Source: a virus
Lineage: Duplodnaviria > Caudoviricetes
Direction: 5' to 3' (one strand)
DNA: 64,000 nt
IMG/VR virus record: IMGVR_UViG_3300021399_000122
Location: 40,849-104,848 of that record
Shown one piece after another: positions 33,093 to 43,280 of the stretch. Each line of letters starts with the position of its first letter. Position 1 is the stretch's first letter. The notes beneath the pieces are model-generated. The model saw only the letters and a program-made list of their open reading frames with translations, did not search any database and had not been told where the DNA came from. The position numbers and the translations under genes were made by a program.

Positions 33093-33539
33093 TCAATCAT
33101 TAATCACTCGGCCATCTTCCATCTTCCAAACATTCTTTTCCCTATAAGCCCTCGGCATCGGCATCCATGCGATTGCCTTTTCGTAGATCAGTCGACTAAC
33201 CTCCGTCGCAGAGCCGTTCTTTACTTCACATTCGAGTACGCCCCAATCTTCTTCCATAACCTCGTAATCATTGTCAGACCATTTAACCGTGACCAGAATA
33301 TGCTCACCAGTGTCAGGCCTCTTCTCGGATAATGGAATCCATCTGCCCGTATTTGCCTCTGTTCTCTGATGAGTTTGAAGGCTCTCCCCAAGTAATATAA
33401 GTGCAGCTAATATCCACTGTGGTGCCAGTACCCATATCCACGACCACTCAATCGCATGCGTTAATTTCAAGTAGATAAACAATAATGTAAGCATGTCGAA
33501 TCCATCGAGTCCGAAATCATATTTATTTCTGTGTTCCAT
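33093..33539 (-). CDS. Membrane peptide fused to a DUF551-like domain
   Basis: N-terminal TM 'LTLLFIYLKL...WSWIWVLAP.W'; C-terminal 'WIPLSEKRP...IAWMPMP'. Confidence 0.55.
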   Translation of the reverse strand: MEHRNKYDFGLDGFDMLTLLFIYLKLTHAIEWSWIWVLAPQWILAALILLGESLQTHQRTEANTGRWIPLSEKRPDTGEHILVTVKWSDNDYEVMEEDWGVLECEVKNGSATEVSRLIYEKAIAWMPMPRAYREKNVWKMEDGRVIND

Positions 33540-33545
33540 ATTTAA

Positions 33546-34833
33546 TTACCTAGCTACGCACTCCCCGTCTCGTTTACATCCGCCGCCGTATACATAATCC
33601 TCGCAGCCCTCACAGGGACTAATGTTCGTTTTCGGAGCCTGTCTTGTTTCTGCCCAGTCTGCCAAGAGAACCTCCAGTGACTCAGCGTGGCTATCTGCGC
33701 CGGCTTTCCTCGCCAAATTGATCAAGTCTCTGATGAACGAAACAGGCACTGCGTCGACTGTGGGCTGCGCATCAATCAGCCTTGTCATTTTGCTTCTACT
33801 CCTCTAGAACAGAAATCGTTCTCGTCAATACAGTAATCTTGTGTCAAAGTGCAGAATTCAGTGCCGGGGATGATGACGCCATATGCCGTATCGTAATCGC
33901 AGTATTTGCAGTGTTTGCACCTGACCACAGGGACTGCGTCCACTTTTGGCTCTGCCTTAATCACTCCCGTTACTCCATATTGCTCGATGAATTCATACAG
34001 CGGATCATCCCGCAAGTGTTCAATCAGCGCGTCTGCATCAATCAACCTCATGATCGTCTCCGTCCATTATTGCTCCACACCACGGGCACCGGACGTGATC
34101 GATGTTGTCTGTGCAGCCATCGCATTTCGAGCACATCCAGCCATAACCCCACCATATCCACTCGCCATGCACGACCGGCTCTGCATCAATTGTTGGTGCT
34201 TTGTCTATCTCTTCAAATACTGCTTTTTCAGATTCAAGCAAAAACTCTTCGCTTGCGATTCCGAGCTTTTTGATAATTGACTTTTCCAGCTCGTCTGCAT
34301 CAATCAGTCTCATTGCAACTCACTTTCTGCATTGATCAAGAACAGACCTTACACCGATCGCCTGATCGTTCGCACAAATCCACGCATCTGAATACGGGCG
34401 CTTTGTGTCGCGGTAGCTAACTGCCGCCACATAAAGGTCTTCGACGTCTTTTGCGCAGATCGCCTCAATCGCCGGCGTCGCATTAATCAGATCAATAATG
34501 CCGTCGGCGCTAAGTGTGTCGTGTGAGAATGCCCAGTTTAGTTTTGCTTTGAGCTCATCTGCGTCAATCAATTTGGTCACAGTGTTTCCTCCATTCATCG
34601 ATAATGTCGTAGTAACCACTTTGTATATGTTTAATGCATTCGATATCCGACGGGGACTCAGCGCACTCGAGTGTTTTATCCCACGACTTTGCCTGTTCGA
34701 TGAGCCATTCAATGGGGATTGCATCGACCGTAGGCGCTTCATATATATCGCGGTACGGGACTACCCACACGATTCTATCCCCTATCACGGCTTCCGTTGG
34801 AAGAAGCCCACTATCGTCAATTAGTCTTACCAT
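33546..34833 (-). repeat. Tandem array of five small paralogous 'RLIDAD...PTVDA' genes (34564-34833, ~34320-34580, 34038-34313, 33785-34051, 33546-33788)
   Basis: Each begins (R/K)LID and contains a P(T/K/A)(V/I)(D/E)A motif; several carry Cys-rich tails. Confidence 0.7.
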
Positions 34834-34867
34834 TCGGTTTTCCCTCTCAAAACTGTTCGTTAAGGCA

Positions 34868-35164
34868 TCAAATCGGAGTAATCAGCTCTGTGGAGAGGCA
34901 CGCTTTGAGTTCAGAAGCCACCTCAGCTAGACACGCCTGCACGGTCTGTACAGCTTCTACCAATTCCATATCGCCCTGCAGGCTATCCTTTACGCGATAT
35001 CTGATGTACTGCTTCAGCGCCTTTTCAAGTGTTGAGTGGTACGTGATATTCTTGTAGGAGTCGACAAGCTCCCCCTTTTTGTCGGGTCGCTTGCCGGCAT
35101 ACTGCATCAGATTGTATGAAGCCTCGTCGACGTCGATATACCAGTCATCTTTGATGTGGATCAT
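34868..35164 (-). CDS. Hypothetical protein (DUF5405-like)
   Basis: 'YH STLEKAL' pattern in a small phage protein. Confidence 0.4.
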   Translation of the reverse strand: MIHIKDDWYIDVDEASYNLMQYAGKRPDKKGELVDSYKNITYHSTLEKALKQYIRYRVKDSLQGDMELVEAVQTVQACLAEVASELKACLSTELITPI

Positions 35165-35362
35165 TTTTCGTCTGCTTCTTTCAACAGCCAGAGTTTGACC
35201 CCAAGCGAACAGGCGAAGTCAGGGCACGCCTCTGCTTCATACCGATACGCACAATTCAGGCATGTGTTTGTTTCGGTGGAGTCTTTGATGAGGTCTGCCA
35301 TTTTGTCTACCGTCATGTTTTCAAGCATGACATCATAATTTGTCTTTGCCATTTCTTTCTCC

Positions 35363-35590
35363 TTATATAGCGTTGATACCATCAAGATATTTTTCGAGAG
35401 CTTTTCGTTTGATTAATGGGCGGGTGCCGTTCCAGAGAATGAAGTCTGCGTCTTTGTTCTCACACACAATCTTTCTCAGTTTGTTTTCCCCGATCCCGAA
35501 GTATTGTGAGGCGACGGTGACACTGAATGCGTACCGCTCATTGACTGGAACATCGTTCAGCGTCATCTTTCTGTTCCTCTTCGTCGTCAC
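35363..35590 (-). CDS. xis: Excisionase, Tn916-type
   Basis: 'VPVNERY..SV..ASQYFGIGENKLRKIV...ILWNG.R.LIKR..LEKYL'. Confidence 0.8.
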   Translation of the reverse strand: MTTKRNRKMTLNDVPVNERYAFSVTVASQYFGIGENKLRKIVCENKDADFILWNGTRPLIKRKALEKYLDGINAI

Positions 35591-36014
35591 ATTTTATGTA
35601 ATAAGTGATCTCTGCGCCGCAATTGGCACAGTGGCATTCGTGAATAATTCCCTTGCCGGGAATACCATAATCTTCAAAGTCAAAGTCGGCATCCCAGACA
35701 ACGCTCCTGCTCAAACAGTGGAAACATTCGTACATCAGTCACCGTGCCCCGATCTGGTGCCGCTGATCAGCCAGAGCACCAGCCACACAGCGAGGCTGAG
35801 TCTCCATGACCAGATATCAAGTGACAGCAATGCGCATATCAGATAAAGGATTCCCGCCGTCAGAGCGAAGCTAACCGCGCAAGCTGCGATATAAATGAGC
35901 AAGATCGTGAATATAGAGCCTTTTCCCATTACATTCCTCCTCTGCTTTCAAGGTAGATTTCGTACACAATGATGATGGTGGCAATCGCCAACACCCAGTA
36001 CACAGCACTCGTCA

Positions 36015-36461
36015 TCAGAGTTTACCCGTACTGCCGAACCCGCCTGTCCCACGGTCGGTGTCGTTAAGTGAATCAACCCGTTCAAAGTTAATTGGGAGAT
36101 AGGGAATTACGACGAGCTGGGCGATCCGTTCGTGTTTTTCAATTGACATCATCTCATCGGTATCGTTGTGAAGGGCAACGATGACCTCACCTCTGTAGTC
36201 GGAGTCCACTACACCAACACAGTTCGCAGGGCGAAGCCCTCTTTTGACCGCAATTCCAGACCTTGCGAAGATCGCGCCAAATGTTCCATTTGGAATGGCA
36301 ACGCTGATGCCTGTGCCGACCTTAACTGTAGAGTGAGGGGCTATATCGTAAGCCTCGTCTGAGTATAAGTCGTGCCCTGCCGCCTCTTTTGATCCTTTGG
36401 TCGGCGTGACTGCCCCTTGGGTTTTGGTGAAGGGGACTCTGTAGACTTTTTCTTCGGACAT
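36015..36461 (-). CDS. dut: Trimeric dUTPase
   Basis: 'AAGHDL', 'RSGIA', 'GVVDSDYRGEV', 'RIAQL' and 'RGTGGFGSTG' motifs. Confidence 0.95.
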   Translation of the reverse strand: MSEEKVYRVPFTKTQGAVTPTKGSKEAAGHDLYSDEAYDIAPHSTVKVGTGISVAIPNGTFGAIFARSGIAVKRGLRPANCVGVVDSDYRGEVIVALHNDTDEMMSIEKHERIAQLVVIPYLPINFERVDSLNDTDRGTGGFGSTGKL

Positions 36462-36620
36462 TTTTGCTCCTTTTTGTTTTCTTTTTTACCAACATTTTTC
36501 TTTGGATACGTGCACTTGATCGTTGTTGTGTCCTCAGCTTTTTTAAAAAGGCAAGGGGTGTCGTTTTCGGTCTGATCCCATGTCAACAGGCACATGCCTT
36601 TAATGTGATACCCGCAAGTC

Positions 36621-37157
36621 TTACATACTGGTCTTGCCATACTCCAACGTCACCACCTTACCTTCTGTTAATGTGCGCTTCACATCGATGATCCGCTGAT
36701 TTTCCGAACCACGGAACGCAAGCGCGATATTCTTTTTTGAAATTACGAACCTTCCATCTACTAACACGTCGACGTATGACAACATTTCATCGGTTACTGC
36801 ACAATGTTTGACCCCGGCTGGCGCGAGATCGTCATCGATTCTAAAACCCGTATATGCCCACACGTCTTTATCCGGTAGTTCTGCCCTTACTCGTCGAAGC
36901 AATGTTACCAAGACGAGTTGATTTTCAGGTTCGAACGGTTCGCCGCCAAGCAATGTCAATCCGCGAATGTGTGACGGCTTCAGAGCGTCTATAATTTCCT
37001 GCTCCGTTTCTTTTGTGTACTCTTTACCGAAGGTGAAGCTCCATGTCTCCGGTTGGAAGCACCCTTCACAATGATTCGTGCACCCAGACACGAACAGTGA
37101 GACTCTCACTCCGATTCCATCGGCAATATCATTTTTCTTAATCGCTCCGTAGTACAA
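36621..37157 (-). CDS. nrdG: Anaerobic ribonucleotide reductase activating enzyme (radical SAM)
   Basis: 'DIADGIGVRVSLFVSGCTNHCEGCF', 'LGGEP', 'DVLVDGRF' and 'FRGSENQR'; TTG start after GAGGTG. Confidence 0.92.
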   Translation of the reverse strand: MYYGAIKKNDIADGIGVRVSLFVSGCTNHCEGCFQPETWSFTFGKEYTKETEQEIIDALKPSHIRGLTLLGGEPFEPENQLVLVTLLRRVRAELPDKDVWAYTGFRIDDDLAPAGVKHCAVTDEMLSYVDVLVDGRFVISKKNIALAFRGSENQRIIDVKRTLTEGKVVTLEYGKTSM

Positions 37158-37220
37158 AGTTCTTCACCTCAGTTTGCGGCGGGAGGGGCGTGAGCCCCAC
37201 CCCGTCCATCTATTTTCACA

Positions 37221-37916
37221 TCAGATTGAATCTGCCCACTCGCTGATCCAGCTCCGATGGTTTTTGGTCAGAGTGCAGACCGCCGCTCGCTCCTGACCTC
37301 TGAAGTGCTCAATATACTTGGTAAACCCGCTTAGTTCCGGGCTATCCAGATCGCACTGGAACTCATGCCCAATCACAATAACTTTCACGTTTTTACCAAT
37401 TCTAGTGAGCGTTTTTTGCAGTTGTGCCACCGTATAATTCTGGGCTTCGTCAATGATCACGACGGCGTCATCAAGGTTAGAACCTCTCAGATACGTATCG
37501 GTAATACATGTGATGTATCCACCCTGCGACTTCTCAGCTAAAGACGTGTCTTTAATTGCCGTGTTGAGGTTGACGTGGCACCTCTCCAAGGCCTGATAGA
37601 ACGCTTCGAAGTATACGGAACTTTTCTCAGTGATGGTGCCGGGTAACCACCCCTGCCTTTTCTCTCCGTATGGAGCCATGATGTAGATGATGTCGTTATA
37701 CATCCCGCACTTTACGAGAAGATTTGCCACGCCGGTAGCGATCGTGGTTTTGCCAGTACCCGTTTTGGCGTTGACAAACACGATATCAATGTCGGGGTTA
37801 AGCAACGTATCCGCAAATAATATCTGTTCCTCGTCCAGTACCAGGCCGTAAAACGGCTCATCTCTGAATGACTCTGGCAGAACTGCACCGCTAGATGCTT
37901 TCTTTTTTGAGGGCAT
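37221..37916 (-). CDS. phoH: PhoH-family ATPase
   Basis: 'AKTGTGKT', 'GWLPG', 'YLRGSNL' and 'IIDEAQN' motifs. Confidence 0.9.
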   Translation of the reverse strand: MPSKKKASSGAVLPESFRDEPFYGLVLDEEQILFADTLLNPDIDIVFVNAKTGTGKTTIATGVANLLVKCGMYNDIIYIMAPYGEKRQGWLPGTITEKSSVYFEAFYQALERCHVNLNTAIKDTSLAEKSQGGYITCITDTYLRGSNLDDAVVIIDEAQNYTVAQLQKTLTRIGKNVKVIVIGHEFQCDLDSPELSGFTKYIEHFRGQERAAVCTLTKNHRSWISEWADSI

Positions 37917-37921
37917 CTTGT

Positions 37922-38578
37922 CTAGATCACCTCATCCAGATCGCAGTCCTCTCCAAGGATGCAATCGATGAATCCTCTCTCCTTCGCCTCGTCAGCGAAC
38001 ATGTACCATTCAACCCGTGCGTTTTTTGCGTACTCTTTAGCGGTCACCTTAGTGCGTGAGATCACATATTCTTTGTTTCTCTGGTCAACGCGTTTTGCGA
38101 ATTCCATCTGATCCTGCACCTTGGTGCTGCTGCCATATGTGAAGTTCGATCCGTCGTGGAGAAGGATTTTTGAGTTCTTAGACCCGATTCGTTTGTGGCC
38201 TGCAAGGCCGATTAGAAGCCCCATCGAATACCAGTAGCCGAGGTTAATCGTATAAACCGGTGTCTTGCTTGCCAGAATGACATCAATCAGCTCTGTTCCA
38301 GCGTCCACCACCCCGCCCTCCGAGGTGATGTACAGCAGAATGGGCTTGCGCTCTTCAATCGGAATACCCTTATCATCAGCGTTATACTGAAGGATTTTGC
38401 GTACCGCATCGAGCACGCTCCAGACCTCGATTTCCCCTGTAAGGTAAAGTTTCCTGTCTTCAATGTCTTTGTAAAGGTAAAGGTCGTCGAGGTTGAACTG
38501 CCCGATCAGTGCTTCTTTGATGTCTTCGTCATCGAAGTCCACTTCGATCCCATGGAATTTTTTACTTCTCAATTTCAC
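37922..38578 (-). CDS. ClpP-like protease
   Basis: 'LYITSEGG', 'YSMG' (Ser), 'LLHDG' (His) and 'ADEAKERGFID'. Confidence 0.82.
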   Translation of the reverse strand: MKLRSKKFHGIEVDFDDEDIKEALIGQFNLDDLYLYKDIEDRKLYLTGEIEVWSVLDAVRKILQYNADDKGIPIEERKPILLYITSEGGVVDAGTELIDVILASKTPVYTINLGYWYSMGLLIGLAGHKRIGSKNSKILLHDGSNFTYGSSTKVQDQMEFAKRVDQRNKEYVISRTKVTAKEYAKNARVEWYMFADEAKERGFIDCILGEDCDLDEVI

Positions 38579-38587
38579 TGCCTCCTG

Positions 38588-39118
38588 TTAATCCTTGATG
38601 ATGTCCGTCAGCGCCCGAATAACTTCAGCCTTGAAACTCTCTAAGGTTCCGCTGTTATATAAGATGACGTCTGGTATCGTATCATCTAAGGCTGTTTCGG
38701 ACGGGTGCGCTTTCTGTTCCTCGGTTAGCTCAGACGTGAAGCCCAGCCGAACGACTCTTACATGAGTTCCGTTGAAGTATTTCTTCATCACATCAACTTC
38801 ATTCGGGAACCTCGCGTCGGGGATCAGAACGTAATCCCACACGCCGTTGAACAACACAAGCAAGGAGGAGATGAAGTCTACCCAATAGTCAGGGCGTTCC
38901 TTTCGTATGATGTCCGTGCCAACATACTGGAGAATGTGACGCCCGTTCTCATCTTTGTTTCCATCCCAATCGAAGTAACTCCGGCAAATGAACTTGAGCA
39001 AATCGGCATAGTGCATGATTTGCACCCTGAATCCATGGCGTGTAAGCTCTTCTTTGATGAAGCCTGCCGTGGTATCCTTACCGCTCTGCGCATGACCGGA
39101 GATGACTACTACTTTCAT
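38588..39118 (-). CDS. Deoxynucleoside monophosphate kinase-like P-loop protein
   Basis: 'SGHAQSGKDT', 'LQYVGTD' and 'PDARFPNE' motifs. Confidence 0.82.
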   Translation of the reverse strand: MKVVVISGHAQSGKDTTAGFIKEELTRHGFRVQIMHYADLLKFICRSYFDWDGNKDENGRHILQYVGTDIIRKERPDYWVDFISSLLVLFNGVWDYVLIPDARFPNEVDVMKKYFNGTHVRVVRLGFTSELTEEQKAHPSETALDDTIPDVILYNSGTLESFKAEVIRALTDIIKD

Positions 39119-39753
39119 CAGCCGACCTCGGCATGATCACATGTGATCAAATACCCGTATGGCAATGTGGCGATCCACTTGCAGAACTCTCTCCACTCTG
39201 GCAACCGGTGGTTTAACCTCTGCTTGTAAATCGTTTTGAGTTGGCGATAGTTCGTTGTCATCCCTGCCGTAAGCATGAATCCAGCAGGATTGCTGTACAG
39301 AATTTCGAGATATCGTCTTGTGAGCTCTTCGCGATCCGTCGTTTTGTTGTAGAGCGTAATCTTCTCACGCATAATTTCAACAATTCTCTGGTCAACGTAT
39401 TCGTTATAAGACTGTTCAATGTCGAATTTTGCAATCCTGTGCATCGTGCTCTGCGAACTCACGAAGTCTAGGAAGTGGTAACGTTCAGCCTCAACCCAGA
39501 CCTTGTTGCTAAAGGTCAGGTCGAACTGTACAATGACCCCGGTCAGCCATTGATCCTCCCCGCTACCGCTTGGAGACTTAGCAAGTGCCTCAATGCCCTT
39601 GGTCAGGTCGCTGTTGACGTCTTCCAGCGCAACATTCATGGGGAACTTGGCACGGCGGATGCTGTTATTAAGCCCATAAACCTTAGCGTTGGAAACACAG
39701 CTGCAACCGGGCACATCGTACTCGTCAATGTACTTCAGTTGTTTGTCAGTCAT
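39118..39753 (-). CDS. ThyX-like (flavin-dependent thymidylate synthase-like) protein
   Basis: 'ERYHFLDFVSSQSTMHR', 'NYRQL' and 'RLNHRLPEW..FC' form a divergent ThyX-like motif; nucleotide-metabolism context. Confidence 0.55.
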   Translation of the reverse strand: MTDKQLKYIDEYDVPGCSCVSNAKVYGLNNSIRRAKFPMNVALEDVNSDLTKGIEALAKSPSGSGEDQWLTGVIVQFDLTFSNKVWVEAERYHFLDFVSSQSTMHRIAKFDIEQSYNEYVDQRIVEIMREKITLYNKTTDREELTRRYLEILYSNPAGFMLTAGMTTNYRQLKTIYKQRLNHRLPEWREFCKWIATLPYGYLITCDHAEVG

Positions 39754-39839
39754 TTGCCTCCTTTTAGTAGTTTTTAGAGTTTTAAGAGGTCTTTAAGGTG
39801 TTGCTTTCGTAACTTTTGCCTAAACCCCGTTTTTAGTAA

Positions 39840-39957
39840 TCACACGGTAAGGATTTGCACCTTACATGAAAGAGTTTATTGACATCGAGTGCGACAATCA
39901 TGTATGCATCCATGCTCTTTCATCACTCCCAGCGTCTACCTATTCCGCCACGTGTAA
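39840..39957 (-). ncRNA. tRNA-like ncRNA with acceptor, D and T arms but no anticodon arm
   Basis: Minus strand: TTACACG-TG-GCGGAATAGGTAGACGC-...-ATGAAAGAG...CTCTTTCAT-GTAAGG TGCAAAT CCTTAC-CGTGTGA. Confidence 0.65.
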
Positions 39958-40082
39958 TTTACTCTCGTTTCAACCTCTTAAGCCCTATAACTTAGACTGC
40001 CTTTCGCAGCCTTGTTATTCAGCAGGATTTCTCTTTCTGAATATTTATATTATAGAGCATAAGGATTGATTTGTGTAGTAAT

Positions 40083-43000
40083 TTAGTCCAATATTTCATA
40101 CTTTTCTAATGTGAAATATTTCCCATCTTGCGAGTATGACCGACAGTAGATCACATCGTTCTGTTTTATCGGTTTTTCCTTAAAAACCCTGTCCCAAACA
40201 GTGAATCTGCTTTCCTTGCCGCTGCCAATTGACTTAGTAAACACAGATCGGCCGATGATTTTCTGGTCTTTTTTTCTTCTCACAGGCTTAATATCAAGAA
40301 CGTACAGCTTCCGGCGGTCTTCCTCTTTGCCAGTGACGTATCCGGCATAGCCCATCGCCTCAACGAACTTCTTAACCTTCAATGTGTCAGACAGATCAGG
40401 CATTTTTTGTGACAATATGATGTCTTCACATTCGCACATTGCCGACATAACATCGAGAATCGTATAGCTCTTCGCAATACCTCCAGATTTCGTGACGCCG
40501 ACCGAGTATTTGCGAATAACTTTTTCGTACAACGTGTCATCGACCGTTTCTCGTTTGATCTGTTTAACCTCGCCCTGTTTAAACATCTCACGATGAAGTG
40601 ACGCTATGTACATCAGCTCTCTCTGATTGCCAAAATCAGCGAAGAAGTCAATACTGATCAATATATCGACCTGCCTTGCGTTGATTTGTGTCTCGTGCTC
40701 GATGTCATACAGCACTTCCATGAAGTGTGTGTATTTCTTCCCGCTATGAGCAAGGTTATATAGCGAACTTGCAACCTTCTTATTCATGAATTTGATTGCA
40801 CTCACACCCTTGGCAATAATATGGCGTTCTGGGTCGCAGAGGTAGTCGTCTTTGGAAATGCCCCATCTTGGCATCGTGACCTGGATACCGACCTTCTTGG
40901 CATAATTTATAATCTGTCCGGTCTTTTCAAGGTCGTCGCCAAATGTGTTCAAAGCTGCTGTGAGGAATTCTAACGGGTGGTAGTACCTCAGATACCCGCA
41001 AATATATCCAATTGCCGAGTACGCATCGGAGTGATTCCATGAAAATCCATATGCGGATGCGTCCAAGATAATCTGAATGAACGGTTTAATTACCGCTTCA
41101 CATTGTTCCTCTGACATTTGGTACTCGCGTGTGCAGAATTCAACGAATCTCCGTTCAATCTCTGGTAACAGCGTCTCAGTTCCCTTTTTCTTTGCAATGG
41201 CTCGTCTTACCGTGTCTGATTCGGCGGCTGTATATCCGCAGAATTTCACAAGGAACTGCATGATTGTCTCCTGCATGGCAATTCGTCCGGCTTCTGGTGC
41301 CAAGAATTCATTCAATGCATCGAATCCGTTGTCATAGAATACCCCATTTGCCACGCTATCACGGAAACTGGCACACGCAGGTCTCAAAAGCCCGTTGCCA
41401 AACGACATCCACTTCAGCATTGAGAAGTTCGGGATCTTTGACTTTGCTACTGCAAGCGTTTTATCCGACATAAACTTGCGTATGTACTGCTGAGCGCTGT
41501 TTGATTCCCATTGGAAGATCAAAGTCGTGTCATCTCGAATACTTTTCCACACCTTTTCGTCCTCGAGGTCGACAGTGTCTGGCGTAAGTGGGTCTATCCC
41601 CAACAATTCGCAAGCCCCAGTGATAACTGAGAGATTATCGAGCCCTAAGATGTCCAATTTCACGAAGAACAAGGAGTCTAATTCCTTCATATTTAGCATT
41701 GAAACTGGGTAGTCTGTACTTGACAGTGAACACAGCCCGATTTCTTCGTTAATTGCCATATCGCTAACCAAAACGCCACTTGGATGCGTTCCGACGGACA
41801 CGATTGTGCCGTTTACAATGTCAACGAACCTGAATACCTCTTTATACTTCTTTCTTGCGAGCTCAATATCACTCTCCGCAACCTGAATAATTTCCTCAGC
41901 CTTTTTTATATAGCCAGATGGGTCGTCTTTGGTCGCGAGTAAGGCTCTGCAAACGTCTCTTATCGCGCCTTTAAGAGCAATTGTATTAAATGTAATAATC
42001 TCTGCGGTTCTGATTTGATCGAGTCCCATCTTATCTTTAAGAAGGAACTCCTTGACACGGTCGCGGTCAACACCACCATAGTCTGTATCAATATCAGCCA
42101 ATGAAACACGGTCTGGATTTGAGAATCTGAAGAAATTTAGATGGAATTTCAAGCTATCCATCTGCGTAATGCCGAGCAGATAGGCCACCATACTGCCAGA
42201 TACGGAACCTCGGCCCGGGCCACAGTGAATACCATGTTTTCTTTCCCATTCACGCAGATATGTCTGCATGAGCATGAAGTCTACTGACTTTGTCTTTTCA
42301 AATACAGCAATCTCCTGATTAACCGCCGCCTCAATTTCCTCCCGACTGTGGTTTTTAAGTGCGAATGGATGATGGTCAATCGCATATTCAATCTTTTCTC
42401 TGAAAACCTTTGATGGATTCTCATAAATATGAGGGTACTTCGGCGACCGATCGACATCGAACGGCTCCACCATGTCTGCCAGAACATTGGTGTTTTCAAT
42501 TGCCTCCATATATATATGCTCGGGGACTGACCCTTGCTTACGATAGGCATCGATGAGCTCGTCGTATGTCTTAAACCTGAGATCCCAATTATCTTCACCG
42601 TCAAAATGGATATTTTTGCTCGCTTGCAGAACCCGTCTGCCTTCAACATGGGCACCATTCAGTGCGTGTGTATCAGTCCCGGCGATCAATCGGATTCCGG
42701 TCTGATTGCTCATCTCAATCAGTTCATTGTTGTAGTTCTTTTGTTTCTCATCAATATGATGACCGATCTCCAGAAAAGCCCGATGCTTATTTCTTGCCAA
42801 GAACTCAAGGAATTCGTCTTTAATCCCCCGTTCCGCCTTACCGAAAACCCCGCCGACACATGCCGATGTAATGATGATGTTGTCAGACGCATTGAACAAT
42901 TCCTCAAAAGAGATTCGGGGCACGTAATAGAAATGATTGTCATTCCTGTTAAAGCTCTTGGAAATCATCCTGTTTAATTCGAGAAACCCCTCATGGTTAC

Positions 43001-43280
43001 GAGCGATCAAGACGCAGTGGTAATTATCACGAATCTTTTCTGTAAGATCGTAAGTTAAATACGCCTCGACTGCGTGCACATACTTCATGCCAGCGGTCTC
43101 AATCGCTTCTTTTTTGTGCAGCCATTCCATGACGGAACCATGTTCGGAGAACCCAAACGTCGTCATTCCGCATTCCTGTGCCGCCTTCACATAATCCCCA
43201 AATTTAGTAACGCTATCTATGTTTGTGACCGCATTGCTAAGGTCGGAGTGAATGTGGTAACAGAAATAATTCCCTGTCAT
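40083..43280 (-). CDS. dnaE: DNA polymerase III alpha subunit (family C)
   Basis: PHP 'HIHSD', 'GRGSVSGSMVAYLLGIT', 'ADIDTD', 'KLDILGL' and 'YGFSWNHS.AY'. Confidence 0.95.
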   Translation of the reverse strand: MTGNYFCYHIHSDLSNAVTNIDSVTKFGDYVKAAQECGMTTFGFSEHGSVMEWLHKKEAIETAGMKYVHAVEAYLTYDLTEKIRDNYHCVLIARNHEGFLELNRMISKSFNRNDNHFYYVPRISFEELFNASDNIIITSACVGGVFGKAERGIKDEFLEFLARNKHRAFLEIGHHIDEKQKNYNNELIEMSNQTGIRLIAGTDTHALNGAHVEGRRVLQASKNIHFDGEDNWDLRFKTYDELIDAYRKQGSVPEHIYMEAIENTNVLADMVEPFDVDRSPKYPHIYENPSKVFREKIEYAIDHHPFALKNHSREEIEAAVNQEIAVFEKTKSVDFMLMQTYLREWERKHGIHCGPGRGSVSGSMVAYLLGITQMDSLKFHLNFFRFSNPDRVSLADIDTDYGGVDRDRVKEFLLKDKMGLDQIRTAEIITFNTIALKGAIRDVCRALLATKDDPSGYIKKAEEIIQVAESDIELARKKYKEVFRFVDIVNGTIVSVGTHPSGVLVSDMAINEEIGLCSLSSTDYPVSMLNMKELDSLFFVKLDILGLDNLSVITGACELLGIDPLTPDTVDLEDEKVWKSIRDDTTLIFQWESNSAQQYIRKFMSDKTLAVAKSKIPNFSMLKWMSFGNGLLRPACASFRDSVANGVFYDNGFDALNEFLAPEAGRIAMQETIMQFLVKFCGYTAAESDTVRRAIAKKKGTETLLPEIERRFVEFCTREYQMSEEQCEAVIKPFIQIILDASAYGFSWNHSDAYSAIGYICGYLRYYHPLEFLTAALNTFGDDLEKTGQIINYAKKVGIQVTMPRWGISKDDYLCDPERHIIAKGVSAIKFMNKKVASSLYNLAHSGKKYTHFMEVLYDIEHETQINARQVDILISIDFFADFGNQRELMYIASLHREMFKQGEVKQIKRETVDDTLYEKVIRKYSVGVTKSGGIAKSYTILDVMSAMCECEDIILSQKMPDLSDTLKVKKFVEAMGYAGYVTGKEEDRRKLYVLDIKPVRRKKDQKIIGRSVFTKSIGSGKESRFTVWDRVFKEKPIKQNDVIYCRSYSQDGKYFTLEKYEILD

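Noticed and set aside
39866-40069. Track ORF of 67 aa (+)
   Set aside because: It is antisense to the operon and overlaps the tRNA-like RNA and a putative promoter.
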